Shown: positions 11,961 to 21,996 of the stretch, one piece after another
How the letters are laid out: each line of letters starts with the position of its first letter
Numbering within the stretch: the first letter of the stretch is position 1
NCBI RefSeq assembly: GCF_000195855.1
Contig: NC_002677.1
Span: 30,001-62,000, forward strand
Direction of reading: 5' to 3'
DNA: 32,000 nt
DNA from: Mycobacterium leprae TN
Lineage (GTDB): Bacteria > Actinomycetota > Actinomycetes > Mycobacteriales > Mycobacteriaceae
Notes under the pieces: generated by a model
Seen by the model: the letters and a program-made list of their open reading frames with translations, nothing else
Database searches by the model: none
What the model was told of the DNA's origin: nothing
Made by a program: the position numbers and the translations under genes

Positions 11961-13229
11961 TCAACCATATGTTAGGGCACACACCTGCACGATAAAGAAT
12001 GTAATTTATCGATAATGTTGTGTAGTTTAGGTGAATAAAAATATTAAAAATTGACATCCTGATTGAACAGTGGAGATTCTTGTCTGATTCGTCAGAGCAG
12101 GGCGTTTTAATTTAATAAAAAATATGGTAAATCTACCGTCGATACTAGTATTCGATATCAGGAACATTACACATTTACGATATGACCATACTCTCGCACA
12201 ATAACCATCATGTAGGTGCTGCAGAAATTTATATATAGCGTGTCATTTTATATCATTAATTTTGGTGAATTGCCAGCTGTATGAAATTACCGAAAATTGC
12301 AAAAGCGGATACGACGTCACATTCGTAAGTAGTATGTTATTGGGGGTCTCAGGAAAGCTAGCTTCGGAAAGACCGCTATGATCGCATGTATCGGTGTAGA
12401 TTTCCAGTAATGCCGGCCTCAGAATCTGGTGGCCATCGATACAGCGCCCCGCTTTAGAACGCCCTAACAGGAGGATCGACGAATTTCCACCGGGCGATTA
12501 CGCTGTTGTTCTCCACGACACCGACGTCCAAGTTTATGTGGACATTCGAGAACATCATTAGAAAGAACAGCATTGGTTTCGATGCATTAGCAAGAAACCG
12601 AGTATCGGATCAGCCGCAGCAATTAGGTTCCTTTTCCTTCGAGGTATACTGGCGTTCTGTTACGGCTGCGCTGCACTCACACCGTCATCGTAGTTGCCTC
12701 CTCCGACAACTTCGAATACGTGCTTGAAGGCGGTGCTTGACTTGCGCGACACTCTGGTATTTGTTTCAGGTCTAAGTTAACATATTGCTATCGGTTATGT
12801 GTAACTATCGACTTGCTGAGCTCTATTAGGTTATCACAACTTGGTGTTCCGAAGTATACTGAACGATAGTTGTAATAAGTATAAAACCGGTTATCGGACA
12901 TACCTCAACTGGCGTTTTGGGTAGTCGGGACTATGGTTGAATTCATGCCTTGCGATTCGTATCTTGCAAATGGCGGGATAAGTGACACACACTACGGGTG
13001 GAAGAATAAAGACCCGACTTCGGCTATTCGAGATAACGGCAGCGCCGGCCGACAGTGACATTCCGGATGCTGGGAGAACGAGTTAGTTTCCAGCATCGGT
13101 GACGATAAACAGCGAAGCAATGGGGGTACCTCCCAGCCGTGAAGCAGCGAGAGGGAAAGCGATGTTCGTAACACAGTTAATGGGTAAGGTCTCATTTCCG
13201 GCTCGTTGTGCGGTTCTATGTAGATAACA

Positions 13230-14090
13230 GCCACGTTTCTTAGGTGTATTCAGTATCTGTACCGCTCGAAGTTTTCATCGATAACATAAGCAAGTTGCGT
13301 GATGTTGAACTCAAACGCTGCCCGATCAGCGAACTCGACCCCGGTATCGGACACGAACTGCACAAGACCCACGGCGTGCGGCCGGATATCACCATTACGT
13401 TCGATGAACTAGGCGTCGATGACGGTGCCACGCTCCCACTGGTTCCTGCGGTGAAAAGCGAGTCGTTCAATTTGCAGTACGAGTGCAGTACGACTCGTTG
13501 TCCACCGGATTAACCTGTATCAGCAATGCAGGTTGTTCGAACCGATCGCTGTTCAAACGGACTCGCACACGGCACTTGTCTTCCTTGCGAGGTTTCGGTG
13601 GTGCTGCTGGTAGTGTCCGTGCGCCAACGCACCGCCACTGACTCTTGCTCTTTAGTGCCTAGCACCGTGACCGGTGCCGCTGGTCTGTTAGTGGCCGGGG
13701 GTACGGGGCACGGTGTGGCGTTGGTTGCCGCATCGTGCCGACATGATCGACGCACTTGGTTGACTTGCGGTGCCATTGCTTTCAGCAAGCCCGGACTGTA
13801 CGTGCCCCGGAAAACTAGTATCCGCGCACTTAAATTATCTTGGCATTGACTGGCGCAGCCCTGACGTATGGAACCGCCACGGCAATGCGGCGCCATCTGA
13901 TGGTAGCGGCGATAATCGTGACATGTGTGTCTCGCTGAGTTTGTGACCGCTGCCTGTATGTGATCACCGAGGCTGAGTCGGCCAACATAACTGTTTGTAG
14001 TAGGGCCACTGGGGGAGCGTGGCTAAGGCCGCTTAACATTGCTGTGGCAGAGTATCGCCTGCACCTGAACGATTAAGTTGTCGATTCTAA
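13230..14090 (+). pseudogene. eccD2: eccD2 pseudogene (N-terminal ubiquitin-like part plus membrane remnants)
   Basis: VYSVSVPLEVFIDNI...RPDITITFDELGVDDGATLPLVPAVKSESFNLQYE (13244-13513) resembles the EccD N-terminal domain (cf. local EccD1 LDQSLDDAGVVDGSLLTLVSTSRTERYRP). Ala/Val/Leu-rich remnants follow. Position fits between espG2 and mycP2. Confidence 0.55.
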
Positions 14091-14099
14091 TGTGGCGCT

Positions 14100-15200
14100 C
14101 CCCACGCCTGGGTTCAGGATGCTAAACATCAACACGGCTTGAAAATATTAGACCGATAACAGGGTGCTGGCAGCCGTGATCGATGCCGGCATCAATCTGA
14201 GTCAGTGGTTCCCCATGGTGACCGGAGGCGACTGCATCATGAGGTGGTGGCGGGTTAGCGAACTGTGATGCACACGGCACATCGTGGCGTACGTAATCGG
14301 TGTGACTCCGTAAGGCACTCTGATGCCCGCCACGTCACTTTGTCGCCCAGTACTCCCGCCTTTCCTCCACCAAACGGACCAACATCGACTCAGGGCCATC
14401 ACCGCCGTACATTCCGGTGACGGTCTACCCAAGCCGTACGGCTCCGCCTCCAGATGCACTGTCCAACGGGCTAGGGGACCCCCTCACTGAGCCGACCGAT
14501 TATCCCGAGGTGACCGCTCCCGTAGACGGGTTCGCCCGACGGAATTGTTGGCGTCGCATCACATGTGGTGATCATGCCCATTCGGCAGTCCTCGCGCGCA
14601 TACGAACTGGTCAACTGCGGGCCCTCGGCGTTGCCGTCGTGTACGCCGCCGTTAAGGATGCGGTGATCGTTTCAGAGTCAGGAAATGACAGCAAAGATGG
14701 TTGTGCCAAAGCTCTTCGTTCGACCCGTTAAGCATGTTCGATCTTCGTAACTTGCATAAAGTTAAAATCGTGTCACCAGTTGTACTGGTTCTTTGATTAC
14801 GTGCTATCGCTGGCCGGCGTGGAACAACACGGGCGCATCGACGAGCACTAAACCTGACCGGGCCTTGGGTAGCGGCAGCGGAACCCGGAGTCGGGATTAT
14901 AGGATTGTCGCCCGAAATAGGGAGAGGGGTCAGTAAATTCCTACCTAATTTATTCACCTGGGCTGGGTGAACGTGCCGATCTGGGGCACCAGCTTTTCAG
15001 CGGTTTACGGCAATGGAGTCGCAGTGTTAGTGTGGGCTAAGTATATCCGAGGTTGGATGCTCGCCAGGTGATCAATCGAGTTTTGCAGACGGCACACAAT
15101 CCGCCACGCTGGGTAGCCACTCAAGTCGGTCTATGGTGCCGTACAATGGTCGGCCGAGATAACTTTTATGTTTCTGTGGGAGAAAATTTCATTCGTGGCT
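14100..15200 (+). pseudogene. mycP2: mycP2 (ESX-2 mycosin, subtilisin-like protease) pseudogene
   Basis: Plus-strand fragments in order: LAAVIDAGINLSQWFPMVTGGDCIM; NCDAHGTS; proline-rich remnant; PDGIVGVASHVVIMPIRQSSRAYELVN; LGVAVVYAAVKDAVIVSESGNDSKDGC; ARQVINRVLQTAHNPP. These match MycP2 motifs, including the Asp and His catalytic regions. Multiple frameshifts. Confidence 0.88.
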
Positions 15201-16870
15201 TCGGTTCGCGTACTCCAGTCAGCTGCGCCGTAGCTAACTTTCGACTGCTGCGCCCGCAATATTCTCTAGATATTCGGTAGTCTGATTGGGGCAGCCGTCG
15301 TAGTGGCTTCGCTAATTGCTCGGGTTCGGCGAGAGCAAGGATGGGCGCGATCAAAACCAGAGTTCTATTCTGCTAGAATAGATGGTAAATAGATACCTTG
15401 GTGCCGCAATAATTTTGGTAATTGGAATTGTCATCGGTATCTTGTGAGGGTGGTGTCAGTCATTATGGTCAGGAATATTTTTGTGGCGCCTGCAATAACC
15501 GAAAATTAAGTGGAAAGAACCATGTATAATGGTCAATTATCACGCTGTTGGTGAATTTTAATATAAGGACGGAATGGTGGTGGAAGAAGTGCAACTAATT
15601 GGGAATTCTTATAAATCCATTCTGTTTAACAGGATAGTTTGAAACTATATCGAAAATTACTATAAAGTAAGAATTTGACTTCACTTTTTGCGTAAAATTT
15701 TTGTTCTGATGGTAGATTAGAAAATATGATTTAAGTGTAGGGTGCCGACTACGGCAGCATCGGCGACTACCCATAGGGTATGCGACATGCTGACTGGAAT
15801 ACTAGATTTATACCAGGCAGCGGGGACGCCTAGTTAAATTGTGCCAATTTCAACCCTCTACAATGTTGAGGCCTTCAAGCTTGCTTACCTTGGTTAGGGC
15901 ATAGCCGCTGTGCAGCTGCACAGCGGCTATGCCCTAACCAAGGTATTAGTGCGAAAGTTGTTGCCTACAACGACATTTTCGAAATTTTAGACGATAGTTA
16001 GGCCAATCAACGGTAGAGGTGCTGAATCGAAGGCTAACATTCGGTGCACGGTGATTGCGGCTGGTTGAACACCTAAATTGGTACTCCCCCTACGGACGTC
16101 ACCGCGGAAAAACTAGCTCAATCTTGGTCGATGCGTACCGGCGGGATCATCTAAAACACCATGCTTTTCGGCATTGACCCGGCTACTGGCATCACCACCA
16201 TGGCAGCCTGAACCGCACAACTGCCGACTACCCCTCTGGACATGATGTTATGTACGTTGCCGAGGTGAACAGGCACAGGCCTGTCACGGTTAATCTGTGT
16301 GATCCTATGCTGTCTCTGTACAGCATCCGTCGTGGACTGCTGCCAGGACATCCGTTATCCTACTTCGGACGTCGGGCGTACTGCTGGGCAAGGTCGGTGG
16401 TGGAAATCGTATTATGTTGCCGCTGGACGACGCGGAGGACTGCAATGGTGTGTACATCGCCTCCGGGTACTCGTTGGCCACGCGGTTTGTGATCCGAATA
16501 TCCTGAGAAAGGGAGTGAATTGCAGTTCACACACGAAAAACACACTGGTGGAATAGTATTCGAATGTTCGACATAGTTTTTAGCGATCATCTGAAGCTAG
16601 TCTAGGGCACTAGCGGTCAGTTTTGTGAACAGAATTCTTACGCTTACACTGCCTCCGGACACAGTTATTTTAGTGGGAAATTAGGCGAATCGTACAGGGC
16701 GAGCGTCGATGTACTGATCACACAGACAGGTCTGGCTACGGTGGAAGTACCTGTTACTGGTCCGGTGTATATGTATATGGTCGGGGGCGAGTTATTACGA
16801 GCCGAGATCCGCTACGTAACTGCTGAGCAGGGAATTTTGCAAAGCGTTGAGCTCTAGCCGGTAGATGGAT
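15200..16870 (+). pseudogene. eccE2: Probable eccE2 remnant
   Basis: Weak: VLPLDDAEDCNGVYIASGYSLATRFVIR (about 16410-16500) resembles the EccE core (cf. local EccE1 CSVYMPFDDVDVSVSLGDVQTFTQFVVRAAA). Position between the mycP2 and eccA2 remnants matches M. tuberculosis order. Confidence 0.4.
15886..15945. repeat. Perfect 60-nt palindrome (30-bp arms, no spacer)
   Basis: TACCTTGGTTAGGGCATAGCCGCTGTGCAG|CTGCACAGCGGCTATGCCCTAACCAAGGTA. Verified base by base; symmetry ends exactly outside these coordinates. Confidence 0.98.
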
Positions 16871-16874
16871 CCCA

Positions 16875-18720
16875 ATGACCAACAAGGCCAGTAGCACCAC
16901 CGCGGTGGCAGCACACAAGCAGTTACATCAAGCGATGGCGTATTCGATAGCAGTAGTGCAGTTCCGCGTGCATTTACAGGAGGCTACAAAGATCGATCCA
17001 TCGGATCTGCATGCTAGCCTGGACTGCTGCAAGTAACTATGCATTGTTGCTGTTATGGTACCTCTACACGTGCGGTTAAACAGCTCGGCGTGCTCCTTGT
17101 AGGCGTCGATCAAAGCCAGGACCCATATCTGTTTTCGATGACCGAAAAATAGCATACGGGATTAGTGTTTTCCAGTACATTAATTGATGATCGTCAATCC
17201 GACAAAACCGAAGCGTTGCTGGAGTTATGGATGCTTGGGAGAATCACCAATGATAGAAACACTCGAGGTCTATTTAATGTCTGCCACCCAACACTGGCCA
17301 GACGTCATCTCGGTTACAGCGGTGATCTTTCCATCGCAATTGATAATTATGTTGAGTGGTCCGATTAACGCAGCAACGAACCCCTGACTGTCCATGCCGT
17401 TGCTCTTCTGGGGCAGGTGTATGTTATCCTCGACTGCGTTAAGTTACGCGCAGTACATATCGATCCGATCAAATTGTATGACCAACATTACATACCGCCA
17501 TCATAGCAATCGATTAAGTCGAATTTCCTTTGGTCGAAGTTGATCTGAGCTGAGTGCTCGGTATGGAACATCACCAGCTAGACGACCTAGACGACTAAGA
17601 TTCGGCCTAGATTTGGTTGTCGAAGTGGTGTGTTGGTATGGGGTCCTGCCAAGCAGGCGTTGGTCGACCCAGCGCTACAGTTCGTGGTCACCAACGAAGA
17701 CGACATCAAAACCCGCACCAACGAGTGGGACATGGTCACCTAGTGATCCGTGTAACAGCGGAGCCAGGAATAGTACGAAGAGCGGTGCAGCGAACTCCTG
17801 GAGGAAGGCCGGGTGTTGCTTGACAATCAAGTCGGGTTGGCCGAAGGCAGACGTACGGTGTCCAAGCTGGAGGATCAGATCCAGGTCTGGGCGCTGCGGC
17901 TAGCAGCCGAGCTTCCGGTAGCCAATCAGACTAACCATATGCTGCCGATAGGACCGCCTTGTAGCAGCAAGACCGCCACCACCGAGGCGCTGAGAAAGAT
18001 ATACGCTGGTCTGGGCATCGTGAGTCGTTCCAAGATTATCGAAGTCAAATAGGCTGACCTTTGTGGCTAAATACATCGGTGCCTCGGGCACTAAGTTAAA
18101 CGAACTAATCGACCGCTTACCGGGCCACGTTCTGTTCATGGATGAGTTTCTCTTCGTTGGTGAAAAGTAACCAGACTATCGTCCAAAAATGATTGGCATG
18201 GAAATCCCTAAACTAATTTTTAGCGGCTCTCGAGGTGCACCTATTAAACTTTTTCTGAATTGCCGCGGATTACTAGAGGAAGTCGATGAATTTCTCATCG
18301 GGAAAACCTCTCTGGTGGGTAAGTTTAACCGTAATTGATTGCGGTTCGTAATCATACACACTCTATGACCTGGTTGAAGTCATTATATGCTACAGGAAGC
18401 CGCGTGTAACGATATTCGAGCTGGTCTCCGGTGAAGCTTTGAACACGGCGTGTGCGACATTGCGTGCCTACCGTACGCCTGGCTGACATGCACGTAAAGA
18501 CGTCATGCAGGACTAGAGATTTGCGCGCAATGTGGTGGAGCGCTTCGCGCGGCTGCTACATTCGCGGGCCGCCGCTCAGCACCGCAGCGAGAAGTTCCAG
18601 GTGACAGCAGAAGAACGACAAGCGCTGCGCACCCAGGATTTAACGCTACGGCCATTGATACGTGCCCGGAAAAGTATGTGCCGGTAGTGATTTGAATGTG
18701 ATCCGGTGTAGCGTTGCAGA
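16875..18720 (+). pseudogene. eccA2: eccA2 (CbxX/CfqX AAA+ ATPase) pseudogene
   Basis: Ordered fragments: AHKQLHQAMAYSIAVVQFRVHLQEATKIDPSDLHASLDCC; VYLMSATQHWPDVISVTAVIFPSQLIIM; VDPALQFVVTNEDDIKTRTNEWD; QTNHMLPIGPPCSSKTATTEALRKIYAGLGIVSRSKIIEVK (degenerate Walker A); YIGASGTKLNELIDRLPGHVLFMDEF (Walker B); EEVDEFLIGKTSLVGKFNRN; RFARNVVERF. Stops and frameshifts throughout. Confidence 0.88.
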
Positions 18721-19559
18721 ATTACAATATCCGCCAAGGTGGTCCGTGCCGACGAGAACGATCTGGCCGCTCAACATTTCTGCCACTCGATCGCATTGGC
18801 CTACAAGGAATTGGCCTGGATCACCCACCGCAGCCTTCGACATCTGCGCATTACTTTTATGGCATTATTGACTAGCTGTCAACTGATACCTGCGTATAGC
18901 AGGCGAAAAATTCAGTTCCTGGGATAGCACTGTGCGAAATTTTCACCCATCCATCCTCGTTGGTTGAGCCACCGATCTGGGGCGTCATGGCGTCTGCAAT
19001 CCGCATGCCACAAAGCAGTACTCACACTTTTTCAAAGCTAGTAGCAGCTCATTGACGGTCACCAGCTTTGCCTCGCTTTCAACGAGGCCCGTTACGTCAC
19101 CGGCACTACCCAGCTGGTTGCCGCCGGTGCACGTTGACGCATGCTAAGCCCCCCAGTGCGAACCTGTCCCGGTTGACCGGAAAATGACTAGGGTTAGTGG
19201 GTAAGCGACAGCGACCCAGTGGAACCGGGTGTCATTTTAATAGTGCTAATAGGGGAAGAAAGTGAGTTTGATAGTGATCCGGTTAGCCTATGGAGGCGTT
19301 TGACTAGGCGCTGGTAGCGGTGGGAGTGGGAATCGCGAGTTTGGCGGCTGCGGCCTCGCTGAGTGCACCTTTAGATACGGGTTGCCCTTGCTGGTCTTGC
19401 CGGCACTGCTAACCGGCCCGAACGAAATGGTACGAGGGCATGGCTTGGCTTATGAGACTAGGTGTTCGTGGGTGGTTAAGCGACTCATGTCGGTTTCGAC
19501 CTCAGTCAGGATGTTCTGCTGGTTGCTGACGCTGATACTCGAAACTCTCAGTGAGAGCA

Positions 19560-20100
19560 CTCAACGGTGTTGATAACACATTCGGCAACGATGGCGGGAT
19601 CGACCAGAATCGGATTGGTGCCGCCGGTGTTGGGATCGGGAGCGATGTCGGTACCAGGATTGGTGCCGGGCGCGTCGGCGCCGGTGCGGTCGATCAGGAC
19701 TTCGATCATGTCCTGCGTTGACAGCGTGATCAGGGGTAAGGCCACCAACCAGATTTGATCAGCACGTTCTAGACTAACTTTTCTAGCCCGCCGCCAATAG
19801 CGGGTGTGGTTGCGGGTCAGATCCACCCACAGCCGAGTGTAGTCGCGCAGCGGTGGATAGAACTTGGCCGATGGCACGAAAGTTGATCACAGCAAGCCCT
19901 TCTCGGTGAGATTGGCCAACCACACCGCATCTAGCTTGTCGGTCTTGCTCTGGGCAAGCACATTCTCCACATTCCGGGTGGTGACCAGCTGCACCTACAG
20001 TCACGCTACCTTCAGCAGGTAGTACCAGATCCACCAGTAGTCCGTGGTGGACTCTACGGTCACTTTTTCGATACCGGCCTCGATTAGCTGCTAGGCCAGC
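19560..20100 (-). pseudogene. IS110-family transposase remnant (partial element)
   Basis: Minus strand: AGIEKVTVESTTDYWWIWYYLLKVA*L*VQLVTTRNVENVLAQSKTDKLDAVWLANLTEKGLL* then a frameshift into FVPSAKFYPPLRDYTRLWVDLTRNHTRYWRR, then ITLSTQDMIEVLI. These are characteristic DEDD/IS110 transposase motifs. Confidence 0.85.
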
Positions 20101-20655
20101 TCCGCCTATGGTCTTGGTGCATGTTGGGCACGTCTCACACCCGGCTGAACCATCGTTCCCATTTGGTCGATCACTAAAACTCATGTTCGGCGTCAGGAAT
20201 CTCCCCCGGCCCCGACACCACCGCAAACTTCCGCTTGTACCCGCGTTGTGCTGCTATTTGGCTTGTCGTCCAATTGAATCCATACCACTGCGTCAGTGGT
20301 AGATCGTCCGAAGTCCTCATTCAAGAGAAGCAAATTCTGACTGTCATGCTCTAAGCAGCAATACGTGACCCTTCCAGGTCAGATCCCGGCGTCAAGTTTG
20401 GCTACAGACTCACTGGACCATAACCAGGTCGGTGGCGAGCAACTCGACCTCATCTTCACACCGACGAGGCGTCCCACAAGAACAACAAAACTTGGCTAAG
20501 ACCACCGCGGATTACTTAATTGTTTAAGTCTAAAATGCACACCAGTGCGTCACGCAGGCCCAATGTCCGAGCAGATCGTTCTCGAGCAACCACGCGTGAC
20601 GAGCCACCACACCAGTGCAGCAGCTTAAAAACATGAATGGAATGGAGTAGTCTGG

Positions 20656-21996
20656 GTGCACCGTATCTTGCTGATGATGGTGGCGTTGGCGTTGCTGTAC
20701 GCGCCTCCTGCTCTGGCGATCAACCCACCCTCGATTGACCCGGGCGCGGTTCCGCCCGATGTGACGGGGCCTGACCAGCCCACCGAACAGAAGGTGATGT
20801 GCTCAGCGCCCACAACGCTGCCGGATTCCAGTTTCCACGATCCGCCCTGGAGTAACATCTACATAGGCGTCAGTGAGGCGCACAAGTTCGCTACCGGGGC
20901 TGGGGTGACAGTAGCCGTGATCGACACTGGCGTCGAGGCCTCGCCGCGTGTCCCGGCGGAACCCGGTGGCGACTTTGTCGATCAAGCTGGCAACGGGCTA
21001 TCCGATTGCGACGCGCATGGAACGCTTACCGCGTCTATCATAGGCGGTCGGCCTGCGCCCACAGACGGATTCATCGGCGTAGCGCCAGATGTGCGTCTGC
21101 TCTCGTTACGACAAACCTCAGAGGCCTTTCAGCCGGTCGGCGTGCAACCTAACGCCAATGATCCCAACGCGATACCGGCGGCTGGGTCGATCCGCAGTCT
21201 GGCCCGCGCGGTGGTGCACGCCGCTAATCTTGGTGCGAGCGTGATCAATATCAGCGAAACAGCCTGCTACAAAGCAAATAAGCCGCTCGATGAATCGACA
21301 TTGGGCGCAGCGATCAACTACGCGGTCAACGTCAAGGGTGTGGTGATCATAGTGGCGGCCGGCAACACCGGCGGGGATTGCACGCAGAATCCGATGCCTG
21401 ACGTATCAATGCCCAACGACCCACGCGGCTGGAGCAAGGTGCAGACAATCGCTACACCAGCGTGGTATGCACCTTTGGTGCTCACCGTCGGTGGTATTGC
21501 ACAGAACGGGATGCCGAGCCAATTCTCAGTGCACGGACCGTGGGTAAGCGTCGCGGCGCCGACGGAAAACATCACCACGCTAGGCTATAACGGTGAACCG
21601 GTGAACGCGTTGCCAGGCGAGGAGGGTCCGGTTGCACTCGCTGGCACTTCGTTTGCCACCGCATATGTCTCAGGTTTGGCCGCCCTGCTGCGACAAAGAT
21701 TTCCAGACCTGACGCCAGCTCAGATTATCAACCGGATCATCGCCACCGCGCGCCATCCCGGAGGCGGCGTTGACGACATAGTCGGCGCGGGTGTCATCGA
21801 TGCTGTGGCAGCTCTTACCTGGGATATTACACCGGGGTCCGCGTCGGAACTGTTCAATGTCAGAAGCGTTCCGCCGCCGGTCATTACGCCGGGCCCTGAT
21901 CGCAACACGATCATGATTGTGGCTCAAGGGATCTTGGGCTTGTCGATAGCGCTGGGACTGGGTGTACTGGTTAGGCGGGCGCTACAACGCCAATGA
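20656..21996 (+). CDS. mycP1: Mycosin-1, ESX-1 subtilisin-like serine protease
   Basis: 446 aa with signal peptide, catalytic motifs AVIDTGVEAS, CDAHGTLTAS, AGTSFATAYVSG, and a C-terminal TM segment (IMIVAQGILGLSIALGLGVLV). Confidence 0.97.
   Translation: MHRILLMMVALALLYAPPALAINPPSIDPGAVPPDVTGPDQPTEQKVMCSAPTTLPDSSFHDPPWSNIYIGVSEAHKFATGAGVTVAVIDTGVEASPRVPAEPGGDFVDQAGNGLSDCDAHGTLTASIIGGRPAPTDGFIGVAPDVRLLSLRQTSEAFQPVGVQPNANDPNAIPAAGSIRSLARAVVHAANLGASVINISETACYKANKPLDESTLGAAINYAVNVKGVVIIVAAGNTGGDCTQNPMPDVSMPNDPRGWSKVQTIATPAWYAPLVLTVGGIAQNGMPSQFSVHGPWVSVAAPTENITTLGYNGEPVNALPGEEGPVALAGTSFATAYVSGLAALLRQRFPDLTPAQIINRIIATARHPGGGVDDIVGAGVIDAVAALTWDITPGSASELFNVRSVPPPVITPGPDRNTIMIVAQGILGLSIALGLGVLVRRALQRQ

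Noticed and set aside
14417-14731. 104-aa ORF as an intact small protein
   Set aside because: Its C-terminal part (LGVAVVYAAVKDAVIVSESGNDSKDGC) is a subtilisin/mycosin fragment, and adjacent frames carry the rest of mycP2, so it is a pseudogene piece.
17613-17903. 96-aa ORF considered as a separate gene or transposase
   Set aside because: An alternative frame reads VDPALQFVVTNEDDIKTRTNEWD, fitting the eccA2 pseudogene. The ORF itself is Ser/Arg-rich out-of-frame noise.
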